Below are positions 1 through 7,478 of a DNA stretch of 54,874 bases, in pieces. Origin of the DNA: an uncultured Steroidobacteraceae bacterium (GTDB lineage: Bacteria > Pseudomonadota > Gammaproteobacteria > Steroidobacterales > Steroidobacteraceae); the NCBI GenBank assembly GCA_964412975.1, contig CAYPQX010000110.1:1-54874 (forward strand), read 5' to 3'. The notes beneath the pieces are model-generated. The model was given only the letters and a program-made list of their open reading frames with translations, was not told where the DNA came from and did not search any database. The position numbers and the translations under genes are program-made. Within the stretch, counting starts at the first letter, position 1. Each line of letters opens with the position of its first letter.

Positions 1-265
1 GAACCAGCGGCGCCCAAATTAGGTAATCGTTTGTGACAAGATTGGAAGCGAGCCAAAACAGCACCACCCATACGACAATGAGCATGGCGTGGGTCGCGCC
101 GAGGCGCGCGCTGCGGGTGAGCCAGCCGAGTATCGCAGCCAAGAGCAAGATTGCCAGTGGGGAGAGTGCCGCCACGATCCATAACGGGTGGATTCCGTGT
201 GCCTGTGCCGCGGTCGGTAACAGGCACATCACAATGGCGAGCTTCCATGATGGGGGCCGAATCAT
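1..265 (-). CDS. Hypothetical membrane protein (5' part of a cassette ORF, truncated by the window edge)
   Basis: The minus-strand frame is open from ATG (263-265) to the window edge: MIRPPSWKLAIVMCLLPTAAQAHGIHPLWIVAALSPLAILLLAAILGW... It is hydrophobic and TM-like. It lies immediately downstream of an attC R' core and has the same orientation as the other cassettes. Confidence 0.4.
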   Translation of the reverse strand, partial: MIRPPSWKLAIVMCLLPTAAQAHGIHPLWIVAALSPLAILLLAAILGWLTRSARLGATHAMLIVVWVVLFWLASNLVTNDYLIWAPLV

Positions 266-277
266 TGGAGTCGTGCC

Positions 278-403
278 GCCTAACGTTCGCGTTGAGCAGG
301 CCGCGATACGCCAAGTCTAGGCGCCGCGGGCACGATAGTGGTCCGCGCGCCTGCGGCGCGCTCGCTCGAACCTCTCACGGACCGCTCCAACGCATAGTTA
401 GGC
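278..403 (-). repeat. attC site (family A, 126 bp)
   Basis: The plus strand reads GCCTAACGTTCGCGTTGAGC...GGACCGCTCCAACGCATAGTTAGGC. Inverted core sites flank an internal imperfect palindrome. It sits at the 3' end of the GFA cassette. Confidence 0.85.
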
Positions 404-419
404 AACAGAAGGCGGGCGG

Positions 420-827
420 TCATTGTGCTTTCCCGGGTGGCCGCGCGTCGTATTGTGGAAGGGCGTCGGTAATCTCGTGCCACGCGGCTTTGGAGCCAAC
501 AAACATATGATAGGTGGGGCGAACGCCGGGGTCCGCGTCGAGTCCGCCCACAGCGAGGTCGCTGAGCTTGCCGGCGCTAGGGAAACCGAGACTGGATCCG
601 CAGACTCGGCAGAAGGCCCAGCCGATGCCTGGAGAAGTTTCATACACAGTAAGAAGGTCTTGCCCTCTGAGCCAATGAAAATTCTCAGTGCTCACCTTCG
701 CATAGGTGGCGAACGCCGCCCCATGAAATCGTCGACACATCGAGCAATGGCAGTTGCCAACGTCGGTAAGTGGACCATCCACTTCGTAACGCATCGCACC
801 GCAAAGGCAACCGCCCTGTATGGTCAC
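420..827 (-). CDS. GFA-family (CENP-V/glutathione-dependent formaldehyde-activating-like) zinc-binding protein, integron cassette
   Basis: 135 aa with a GTG start preceded by GAGGAA. It has the Cys pattern GGCLCGAMRYEV...CHCSMCRR...CRVCGSSL typical of the GFA domain. Confidence 0.8.
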   Translation of the reverse strand: MTIQGGCLCGAMRYEVDGPLTDVGNCHCSMCRRFHGAAFATYAKVSTENFHWLRGQDLLTVYETSPGIGWAFCRVCGSSLGFPSAGKLSDLAVGGLDADPGVRPTYHMFVGSKAAWHEITDALPQYDARPPGKAQ

Positions 828-845
828 GCCGCTGTTTCCTCTGTT

Positions 846-975
846 TCCTAACGTCCGCGATCAGCGGCGGCACGCAGTCGGCGCGCCGCTTGCTGATCGC
901 AACTCCTGGGAGCCGCTTGCAGTTGCTGCAAGCGGCGTGACGACGCGCGACGACCGCTGTATCGCATAGTTAGAC
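846..975 (-). repeat. attC site (family B, 130 bp)
   Basis: TCCTAACGTCCGCGATCAGCGGCGGC...CGACGACCGCTGTATCGCATAGTTAGAC. It is near-identical at both ends to the elements at 2197 and 4870. Confidence 0.85.
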
Positions 976-1001
976 AACGGCATACCACGCTGACCTCTTG
1001 T

Positions 1002-1361
1002 CTATCCGTCGAGTCGAAGCTGGGCGCCGCATTTCGGACACACCGAAGGGTTCAGGTCAACGCCGTATCGAACAGCAAAAGTGCCGCCGCCGCTCATCCT
1101 TCTCATTGGCGGGGCATTGCAGTTAGGACAACGATAATGCTTGGCTATGCGCAGTATCACCACAGTAAACGCAGTGAACACCACAACTAAGCAGATCAAC
1201 TGGAATGTGAACTGAGCCTGTGTAATCTCAAGGGTGCTTCCCTGTGGGCCCAAAGCGAAGGCACCGCCTGCAATTGCTGCTACAAGCAGCCACCACCGCA
1301 CTTTCCTCCAAGTTTGTACTCGGCGGCGCTGAAACTCGACGCTCATGTCGCTATTGGCCAT
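1002..1361 (-). CDS. Hypothetical membrane protein with a C-terminal zinc-ribbon (CPNC...CPKC), integron cassette
   Basis: 119 aa with an ATG start. It has two hydrophobic helices followed by two CxxC pairs, and lies between two attC sites. Confidence 0.6.
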   Translation of the reverse strand: MANSDMSVEFQRRRVQTWRKVRWWLLVAAIAGGAFALGPQGSTLEITQAQFTFQLICLVVVFTAFTVVILRIAKHYRCPNCNAPPMRRMSGGGTFAVRYGVDLNPSVCPKCGAQLRLDG

Positions 1362-1372
1362 CGACTGCCGTT

Positions 1373-1498
1373 GTCAAACGTCCGCGTTGAGCGGGCGGCG
1401 GTACAGCCCAAATAGGCGTCGCGGGCGCAATAATTTCCGTAGCGCCCGCGGCGCCACTCGCCAGACCTGTCACGGACCGCTCCAACGCCTAGTTAGAT
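1373..1498 (-). repeat. attC site (family A, 126 bp)
   Basis: GTCAAACGTCCGCGTTGAGCGGGCGGCGGTA...GGACCGCTCCAACGCCTAGTTAGAT. Confidence 0.8.
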
Positions 1499-1547
1499 TG
1501 CCGAGCCTGAGTTGACCGTATGTCAGAACTGACATATACTGCTTTCC

Positions 1548-1886
1548 GTGGCTGTAGCTGACAAGCCGCTGGTATGGCTGCATGGGGAGATCAAGACCCC
1601 GCCATTCGGAACGGCTGCCAGATTCGAAGCCGGGATGCTGCTTAGAAGGCTGCAGCGTGGCGAGTCTTTGGGAATGCCCCATTCGCGGCCCTTGCCTGGA
1701 ATCGGAAGGCGATGCCACGAGTTGCGTATCAAGGACACCGCCTCCAACTGGAGGATTGTCTATCGCACGGACCGAGATGCAATCGTGATTGGAGCGGTGT
1801 TTGCTAGGAAGACGCGCACCATCCCCAAAGATGTGATTGCAACGTGCCAAAGGCGTTTTCGGGAGTATGAAGATGCGTGCAAGTAA
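1548..1886 (+). CDS. RelE/HigB-superfamily toxin (phage Gp49-like, DUF891-type), in an inverted TA cassette
   Basis: 112 aa. The motif ...ELRIKDTASNWRIVYRTDRDAIVIGAVFARKTRTIPK is typical of Gp49/HigB-like toxins. It overlaps the downstream HTH gene and is on the strand opposite to the rest of the array. Confidence 0.7.
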   Translation: MAVADKPLVWLHGEIKTPPFGTAARFEAGMLLRRLQRGESLGMPHSRPLPGIGRRCHELRIKDTASNWRIVYRTDRDAIVIGAVFARKTRTIPKDVIATCQRRFREYEDACK

Positions 1887-2187
1887 GAGAGCCAAGCTCA
1901 CGGGTCGTGGCTGGAAGGTAGGCGATGCCAAGGAGTTTCTGGATCTGTCGGCGGAGGAGGCTGCTCTGATTGAGCTGCGACTCAAGCTGGCGGCAGGCCT
2001 CAAGGCCCGTCGCAAACGCAAGCGATTGACACAACACGATCTGGCTGCGGCAGTGCAATCCAGCCAGTCGCGAGTCGCCAAGATGGAGTCCGGCGATCCC
2101 ACCGTATCCATCGACCTGCTGATGCGGTCACTCATCGCACTTGGCGCCTCCCGACGTGACCTTGCCCGAATCATAGCGCCGGGCTGA
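1867..2187 (+). CDS. XRE-family HTH antitoxin (HigA-like), partner of the 1548-1886 toxin
   Basis: The ATG at 1867 overlaps the toxin 3' end. The HTH segment is RLTQHDLAAAVQSSQSRVAKMESGD. The track ORF starts further upstream at 1837. Confidence 0.7.
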   Translation: MKMRASKRAKLTGRGWKVGDAKEFLDLSAEEAALIELRLKLAAGLKARRKRKRLTQHDLAAAVQSSQSRVAKMESGDPTVSIDLLMRSLIALGASRRDLARIIAPG

Positions 2188-2196
2188 CTGTCGGCA

Positions 2197-2326
2197 ATCT
2201 AACGTCCGCGATCAGCGGCGGCGCGCAGTCGGCGCGCCGGTTGCTGACCAAAACCCATAGGAACCGCTTGCCGTCCCTGCACCCGGGGTCACCACAACCG
2301 ACGACCGCTGCATCGCATAGTTAGGC
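2197..2326 (-). repeat. attC site (family B, 130 bp)
   Basis: ATCTAACGTCCGCGATCAGCGGCGGCGCGCAGTCGGCGCGCC...CGACGACCGCTGCATCGCATAGTTAGGC. The TAA stop of the 2321-2581 ORF lies inside the GTTAGGC core. Confidence 0.85.
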
Positions 2327-2581
2327 CGCTGACTGCTCTTCGGTTTCCCAGCCGGGGAAAACGAGCACAGCCGGGTGGCACTTCAAAGCCCGAGCCAGGA
2401 CCTTGGCCCTTTCGACGCCCAAGCGAACCCGGCCATTCTCAATCGCCGAGATGGTGGTCTGGGGAATACCGGTGAGCTTGGCGAGCTGGTTCTGGCTGAG
2501 CTCCTGCAACTCGCGAACGATGCGCACGGAGTCGCCAACCGAAACCTTCACACGACGCTTGGCGGGACGGAATTCACTCAT
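2321..2581 (-). CDS. XRE-family HTH antitoxin (HigA-like), integron TA cassette
   Basis: 86 aa with the HTH segment LSQNQLAKLTGIPQTTISAIENGR. It lies immediately downstream of the RelE-like toxin. Confidence 0.8.
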   Translation of the reverse strand: MSEFRPAKRRVKVSVGDSVRIVRELQELSQNQLAKLTGIPQTTISAIENGRVRLGVERAKVLARALKCHPAVLVFPGWETEEQSAA

Positions 2582-2583
2582 TC

Positions 2584-2865
2584 TCAGCGCCTCCGATAAT
2601 CATGTGGAGTTACTTCAACCACCTGAAACAGTAGCTGCGATGCAACCACGCGATAAATGATGCGGTACTGCAAATTCAGTCGAGAGGAGCGGTGACCCTG
2701 CCATTTGCCCGAGAGAGCCTCGTCTCGAAACCCGCGAATTGCTCTTAGACACAGTGGACCGGAAATCCTCGAAATGTCTTTCCACTTTTCATAACGCTTC
2801 TGAATCTCGAGTGGAGCTGAGTCCAGCTGTTTGCTGGTACGTGGGTGCTCCACAATCTGCCACAT
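2584..2865 (-). CDS. RelE/ParE-superfamily mRNA interferase toxin (HigB-like, toxin-first order)
   Basis: 93 aa. The motif GFRDEALSGKWQGHRSSRLNLQYRIIYRV...VVEVTPHDY is typical of RelE/HigB toxins. There is a 2-nt gap to the antitoxin. Confidence 0.8.
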   Translation of the reverse strand: MWQIVEHPRTSKQLDSAPLEIQKRYEKWKDISRISGPLCLRAIRGFRDEALSGKWQGHRSSRLNLQYRIIYRVVASQLLFQVVEVTPHDYRRR

Positions 2866-2914
2866 GCCGTATTGTGCCTAGACCATATATGATCTGTCAA
2901 CGCTCCGGTCAGCG

Positions 2915-3011
2915 GCCTAACGCTTGAACTGAGCCGCGGGGCGGGCTAGGGCGGGGCCCTGGCCGTGGTAGGGCGGCTGGCCGCCCCGTCGGCTCCAGTG
3001 AACCGTTAGGC
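2915..3011 (-). repeat. attC site (short divergent type, 97 bp)
   Basis: GCCTAACGCTTGAACTGAGCCGCGGGGCGGGC...GGCTCCAGTGAACCGTTAGGC. The core sites are conserved but the interior is unrelated to families A and B. Confidence 0.75.
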
Positions 3012-3629
3012 ACCAGCGCGCCGAGCCCCGAGCAGATAGACGGCCGACACGCACACCCAAATGTCGGCGCTGAACTGCATCGCTTTCTGGGCTATCCCGG
3101 GGGCGGGAAGCCTCGGTCCTGCCCCAAAGAGTAGCGCCAGGGAGAGGAGCGCGGCGAGGCCGAGGGCCAGGCTGGTGGCCGCGTACCAGCGCGGTCCCGT
3201 GCCGCTGAGCAACCGGAGCCCAAAGGCTAGCGCTGCCAGCGTCTGGGTGGTCATCGCCGTGAGCCCGGCCACGATATGCCCCTGCATAACGGCGGAGGGG
3301 GCCTCGGGCGAACAGCCCGGCCGATCGCACGGCAGCAACCCGACGGCAACGAAGGCCACGCCACTGACGGCGAGCAGCAGGCTGCCGGCGGTTCCGAGAG
3401 GCCCAGGCGGCTGCGATCGCAGAAGCGGCACACTGAACACGACGAGCAGGAGCCCGACGAGGGCGATGCCCAGCAGGTTCATGACGGCGGGAAAGGGGGC
3501 ATCCGGCGCGCCGAGCTCACTAATGAAGTCGCGTGCCTGCGAATAGTCCGGGTGCATTGCACCCAGCAGCAGGATCAGTCCGAGCCGGAGCAGTGGAGCG
3601 AGGATCCCCGACCAAGCCAATAGGCGCAT
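3006..3629 (-). CDS. DUF998-like polytopic membrane protein, integron cassette
   Basis: I trimmed the track ORF (3006-3983) to the ATG at 3627-3629, because the upstream 118 codons read through attC 3660-3786. The 207-aa product is MRLLAWSGILAPLL...HPDYSQARDFISELGAPDAPFPAVMNLLG with about 6 TM helices. Its TAA stop lies in the attC core. Confidence 0.65.
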   Translation of the reverse strand: MRLLAWSGILAPLLRLGLILLLGAMHPDYSQARDFISELGAPDAPFPAVMNLLGIALVGLLLVVFSVPLLRSQPPGPLGTAGSLLLAVSGVAFVAVGLLPCDRPGCSPEAPSAVMQGHIVAGLTAMTTQTLAALAFGLRLLSGTGPRWYAATSLALGLAALLSLALLFGAGPRLPAPGIAQKAMQFSADIWVCVSAVYLLGARRAGA

Positions 3630-3659
3630 GGACTCTCCGAACGAGCGGCTCCTGTGTGT

Positions 3660-3786
3660 GCCTAACGTCCGCGTTGAGCGGGCCGCGGTAGAGCTCAAAC
3701 TGTGCGCCGCAGGCGCGAAAATGTCTCCCGCGCCTGCGGCGCACTTCCGCCAAGCCTTCCCGGATCGCTCCAACGCATAGTTAGAA
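3660..3786 (-). repeat. attC site (family A, 127 bp)
   Basis: GCCTAACGTCCGCGTTGAGCGGGCCGCGGTA...GGATCGCTCCAACGCATAGTTAGAA. Confidence 0.85.
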
Positions 3787-3820
3787 ATCACCGCGCGGAG
3801 TATCGGCCGCACGCCCGCCA

Positions 3821-4324
3821 TTACGACCGGAGGATGGGCGGCTTCGCCAGGACCACCGACGTCTCGACTTGGCGAGGTGATACCGTCCAGTAGGTCCGCA
3901 GCAACTGGCCGGTCTCCACGCTGGGCACGAGCATGTAGCCATGGTTCTGGTAGAAACGTATCGCCCAAGCAGCGTCGGCCCACGTCCCTATGAGTATTTG
4001 TCGCCGACTCACGTCCTCCAGGTAGCGGAGGAGTGCGCCCCCGACCCCTCGCCCCTGTTGGTCGGGCCGTACGTACGCGTGGCGGATCAGATCGACATCC
4101 CGGACCCGCTGGATGCCCATGACACCAAGGAGAACGTCGAAGTCGTCTTCGTAGCCCCAGAAGGTCACCCCAGCGACGATGTCTTGCTCAAGCTGGTCGG
4201 CGGGCATGTAGGGCTCGTGCCAGCAATCGGCCGGAATTGCACTGCGATAGCGTTCGGCCGCCGCATTCACGATCGCGAGCATCGCGGGGCGTTCTTCAAC
4301 GCAGCATAGGCGAATCGTGCTCAT
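3821..4324 (-). CDS. GNAT-family N-acetyltransferase, integron cassette
   Basis: 167 aa. It has the acetyl-CoA binding motif RPDQQGRGVGGALL plus ...AIRFYQNHGY. Confidence 0.85.
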   Translation of the reverse strand: MSTIRLCCVEERPAMLAIVNAAAERYRSAIPADCWHEPYMPADQLEQDIVAGVTFWGYEDDFDVLLGVMGIQRVRDVDLIRHAYVRPDQQGRGVGGALLRYLEDVSRRQILIGTWADAAWAIRFYQNHGYMLVPSVETGQLLRTYWTVSPRQVETSVVLAKPPILRS

Positions 4325-4391
4325 GCGGGGAGGCGCTGAGATGGGATGCTCACTCGAGACGCCGCCAGCCTATCAATGAATTCATCGCGAT

Positions 4392-4471
4392 GTCTAACGT
4401 CCGCGTTGAGCCGGCCGCGCGAGGCGCGCTCGCCAAAACCTTCCACGGACCGCTCCAACGCATAGTTAGGC
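4392..4471 (-). repeat. attC site (family A ends, shortened interior, 80 bp)
   Basis: GTCTAACGTCCGCGTTGAGCCGGCCGCGCGAGGCGCGCTCGCC...GGACCGCTCCAACGCATAGTTAGGC. Confidence 0.8.
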
Positions 4472-4849
4472 AGCGCGGCGCTTGTGTCGTGTGGCATAGA
4501 CGATGAAGCCACCAAGGGCTAAAGCCGCCGCAGCAAAAGCGCGAATTGTTCCTGGTCCCCTCGATCCCGATATCAAGGCGAGCTCGGCGATCTGCACCCC
4601 AAAGAACGGAGTCAGGACACCAGCCAGGATCATGATTACTCCGAGAATGCGTATCGCGTTCGGCAGCCGTGAACTTGGCGCGGCTAGAATGAAGATGATT
4701 CCGAATGCCACGCGTAGCAGGGCCGCAAGGTATAGAGCGGGTGGCAAATGGATCATCGAAATCAAGCGCTGAATCACTTCAGGCGCTGTCATGCCGACGA
4801 GGCCAAGGGCTGCAACGAGCAGTCCAATGATGAGTGCCGCAACACGCAT
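4466..4849 (-). CDS. Hypothetical small membrane protein (4 predicted TM helices), integron cassette
   Basis: 127 aa. The ATG is preceded by AGGAG with a 6-nt spacer. The protein is hydrophobic throughout, and its TAA stop lies in the attC core. Confidence 0.65.
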   Translation of the reverse strand: MRVAALIIGLLVAALGLVGMTAPEVIQRLISMIHLPPALYLAALLRVAFGIIFILAAPSSRLPNAIRILGVIMILAGVLTPFFGVQIAELALISGSRGPGTIRAFAAAALALGGFIVYATRHKRRAA

Positions 4850-4869
4850 TGTGAACTCCTGGTAGTGCT

Positions 4870-4999
4870 GCCTAACGCTCGCGACCAGCGGCGGCGCGCA
4901 GTTGGCGCGCCGCTTGCTGAGTCAAACCGTTGGGCACCGCATGCATTTCTTGCAAGCGGCGTGACGACGCGCGACGACCGCTGCATCGCATAGTTAGGC
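4870..4999 (-). repeat. attC site (family B, 130 bp)
   Basis: GCCTAACGCTCGCGACCAGCGGCGGCGCGCAGTTGGCGCGCC...CGACGACCGCTGCATCGCATAGTTAGGC. Confidence 0.85.
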
Positions 5000-5007
5000 G
5001 TCGCTCG

Positions 5008-5202
5008 CTAGGCGCGCTTCTTGTGCTTGGCGATGAGCTCGCGAACCTCAGGGACGAGCTCGGCAGGAACGGCCATGACAGTACCGCCCATCGCAGCCGC
5101 GTCTTCAGCCACCGCCTCGTATTCGGACTGGGACTCGTAATGAGTGATGACGCCCTTGACACGCTTCTCGTCCCAGCCAGGAGAAAACCGGTTCTTGCTC
5201 AT
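5008..5202 (-). CDS. Putative antitoxin of a BrnT-like TA pair (first cassette next to attI)
   Basis: 64 aa. Its ATG overlaps the stop of the upstream toxin-like reading frame (ATGA overlap at 5199-5202). It is a small acidic protein, MSKNRFSPGWDEKRVKGVITHYESQSEYEAV... Confidence 0.55.
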   Translation of the reverse strand: MSKNRFSPGWDEKRVKGVITHYESQSEYEAVAEDAAAMGGTVMAVPAELVPEVRELIAKHKKRA

Positions 5203-5485
5203 GGGCCCAGTTTGCGCCTGCGCCGCCGATAGGCCAATGCTGGTTTGCCACGAAGTTGGTAAGCCGTGATGACGAAAACACTTTTGGGCTCTGGGTCAGG
5301 GACATAAATCACCCGCAGCAGGCGTCCGGCCCGGGTCCGGCCAGTGGCCACCCGGGGGACCCACCGCTCCCGGCGCGATCCTCGCCAGGGTGGGCCAGGA
5401 CCTCCTCAACCTCTGATTCTGCGACGTCATGCTTGTAGATGTGCGGCTGTACGGTCTCGGGATCGATGTAGTAACAGACCTTCAC
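5199..5485 (-). pseudogene. BrnT-like (DUF497-type) toxin gene with an apparent frameshift
   Basis: From GTG at 5483-5485 the frame gives VKVCYYIDPETVQPHIYKHDVAESEVEEVLAHPGEDRAG... and then stops. A second frame continues ...TGRTRAGRLLRVIYVPDPEPKSVFVITAYQLRGKPALAYRRRRRKLGP* and ends in the ATGA overlap with the antitoxin. The 287-nt span is not a multiple of 3, so the shift lies near 5365-5380. Confidence 0.55.
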
Positions 5486-5507
5486 GGCGCCTCTGTGATC
5501 GAGCGAT

Positions 5508-5640
5508 GTCTAACTACAATTGGATTTGAAAAGTCACATGATGTTTTACGTCATTTTTGACTATTAATCATCCGGCGGCATCATAAGTGCTTGTCTAGGC
5601 TCCCAGTCGCTGATGTTCAACTGCGACATAAAGCGAGCCA
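5508..5640. other. attI region: cassette junction GTTAGAC (minus strand) followed by an AT-rich spacer up to the intI start
   Basis: GTCTAAC at 5508-5514 is the last core site and has no partner palindrome. The following ~90 bp are visibly AT-rich compared with the rest of the window. Confidence 0.6.
5592..5620 (-). promoter_or_regulatory. Candidate cassette promoter (Pc-like): TTGAAC-17 nt-TAGACA on the minus strand
   Basis: The reverse complement of 5615-5620 is TTGAAC and that of 5592-5597 is TAGACA, with a 17-nt spacer. It points into the cassette array. The -10 match is weak. Confidence 0.25.
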
Positions 5641-6624
5641 ATGATGTCCAACCCCCCACGATTGCTGGATCAGGTCCGGGATTGCATTCGCGCCCGGCAC
5701 ATGAGTTACCGGACCGAGAAAACGTACCTCTACTGAATACGCCGCTTCATACTCTTCCATAAGCCGAAACATCCATGCGAAATGGGTGGCCCTGAGGTCG
5801 AGGGATTCCTGACCGCCTTGGCAGTGGTCAACAAGGTTGCGGCGTCCACGCAGAACCAGGCGCTGGCGGGGGTGCTTTTCCTGTATCGCGATGTGTTGCA
5901 GATCGACTTGCCGTGGCTGGCAAGCGTGGTCCGCGCGAAGCGACCGATTCATCTGCCAGTCGTAATGACGCGACAGAAAGTTCAACGCGTTCTGGCGAAT
6001 CTGACGGGAACGGAGTGGCTGGTCGCGTCACTTCTATACGGCGCCGGCATGCGAGTAACCGAATGTTTGCAACTTCGAGTCAAGGATCTCGAACTCTTCC
6101 GGCACGAAATCTTGATTCGCGATTCAAAGGGGCAAAAGGACCGGATCACGATCCTGCCTGACGCCCTGGCGGCTCCCGTGAAAGAACAACTCACTAGATT
6201 GCGACAACTGTTCGAGGAGTATGTTGACAGGAAACACCCGGGTGTCGCGCTGCCATTCGCACTGCGGCGCAAGTATCCGGATGCGGCGACTTCCTGGGGT
6301 TGGCAATGGCTCTTTCCCGCCGGCATTCTTAGCCGCGATCCATATTCCGGTGAGCTCGTGCGATTCCACCTTCATCCGCAGAATGTTCAGCGAGCAGTCA
6401 AGTTGGCAATCCGCAGGGCCGGCATCGAAAAGCCCGCGAGCACCCACACGTTCCGCCACTGCTTCGCGACGCATCTCCTCGAAGACGGCTACGACATCCG
6501 CACGGTCCAGGAACTTCTCGGTCATGCGGACGTGAAGACCACGATGATCTACACGCACGTACTCAATCGGGGTGGGCGGGGTGTCCGAAGCCCGCTCGAC
6601 TCGGGCCGCGCCTCACGTGAATAG
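5641..6624 (+). pseudogene. intI: Integron integrase intI interrupted by an in-frame TGA (5734-5736) at a conserved Trp position
   Basis: From ATG 5641 the frame reads MMSNPPRLLDQVRDCIRARHMSYRTEKTYLY*IRRFILFHKPKHPCEMGGPEVEGFLTALAV..., the same frame as track ORF 5782-6624. It contains the IntI-specific insert ALRRKYPDAATSWGWQWLFPAGILSRDPYSGELVRFHLH and the catalytic region HTFRHCFATHLLEDGYDIRTVQELLGHADVKTTMIYTHVL. Confidence 0.85.
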
Positions 6625-7476
6625 CGAAACGATGGCGTCCGCGAATCGATCTGGCGCGCCGGGATCGGTTCGCAGATACACGGCTGGCTCGACGAGTTCG
6701 AGCTCCATGATCCGGAAGCTGTCACCGCTTCGCACGATATCCGCACGTGCATAGAGGAGTTGCTGGCCGATTGCCGCAATCGCGGCATCGCCCGCAGCGC
6801 GGAGCGCGGGTTCGGGCGAGACCGGAATGATTTCGCTGCCGAGCTCTTCCTGTACGCGGAAGTCGCCGCGCTTGGGCACCTTCAGGACGCTGTGGCTGTG
6901 CGTGCCGTTGAAATAGATCATCGAGTACTCGCCTTCCTCGACGATGCCACGTTCGAACGGCTGCATCATGAGGGGCCGGTTCGAAAAATAAGCTTCGATT
7001 TCTGCGGAGAGATCATTCGTGCGCCTGCGGTCGAGCCGCCAGGCGCCTTCGGCATTCGCGCTCATTACGGGCTTGATGACCGCTTCTTCACTTCGAAGCT
7101 CCTCGAATAGCGGCAGCAGCTCGCCGCGGCCGAGCCGCTCGCGCCAGAACGTCGGCACGATCTCGATGCCACGTGCCGCAAGATCGCGCAGGTAGGTCTT
7201 TTCCATGTTCCAGCGCGCGATCTCGCTGCTGTTCTCGAGCCGGACGCCGCAGTTCTCGATCGTTGCAAGGACATCGACAAACTTGTCCGCGTGGTGCTGA
7301 TAGTCCCAGGTCGAACGGACGACGACGAGTTGATATCGCCTCCAGTCGACGCCGCGCCGGTCCCAGGGAAGCGTTTCGACCTGCCAACCGCGCTTTGCGA
7401 GCGGGGCGATGGCGAGGTTGTCGTCGATGACGAAACCGGACGGGTCGCTCAGGGTCAGGAAAGCAACGCGCGACAT
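6613..7476 (-). CDS. ATP-grasp domain protein (RimK/glutathione-synthetase-like fold)
   Basis: 287 aa. The overall pattern ...RSTWDYQHH...KTYLRDL...IKPVMSANAEG...MQPF...EGEYSMIYFNG...RADIV...MELELVEP is typical of ATP-grasp ligases. There is a 2-nt gap from the upstream gene. Confidence 0.7.
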   Translation of the reverse strand: MSRVAFLTLSDPSGFVIDDNLAIAPLAKRGWQVETLPWDRRGVDWRRYQLVVVRSTWDYQHHADKFVDVLATIENCGVRLENSSEIARWNMEKTYLRDLAARGIEIVPTFWRERLGRGELLPLFEELRSEEAVIKPVMSANAEGAWRLDRRRTNDLSAEIEAYFSNRPLMMQPFERGIVEEGEYSMIYFNGTHSHSVLKVPKRGDFRVQEELGSEIIPVSPEPALRAAGDAAIAAIGQQLLYARADIVRSGDSFRIMELELVEPAVYLRTDPGAPDRFADAIVSLFT

Positions 7477-7478
7477 GG

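Larger units (their letters stand above)
1..6624. mobile_element. Chromosomal (sedentary-type) integron: degenerate intI, attI, and an array of at least 9 gene cassettes that runs off the left edge of the window
   Basis: The intI-type tyrosine recombinase lies on the + strand, divergent from short ORFs that are almost all on the minus strand. Each ORF is followed by an imperfect palindromic 80-130 bp element bounded by GCCTAAC...GTTAGGC (RYYYAAC/GTTRRRY cores). The last GTTAGAC junction abuts an AT-rich attI-like stretch next to intI. Confidence 0.88.

Noticed and set aside
3630-3983. N-terminal 118 codons of track ORF 3006-3983
   Set aside because: This part reads straight through attC 3660-3786 and into the 3' end of the GNAT cassette. 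The hydrophobic DUF998-like protein begins at the internal ATG 3627-3629.
278-4999. Regularly recurring ~80-130 bp repeats that could be mistaken for a CRISPR array or a MITE cluster
   Set aside because: The repeat length (80-130 bp) does not fit CRISPR, nor does the spacing (480-830 bp, with each interval holding a complete ORF). The RYYYAAC/GTTRRRY cores and the adjacent intI identify them as attC sites. No cas genes are present.
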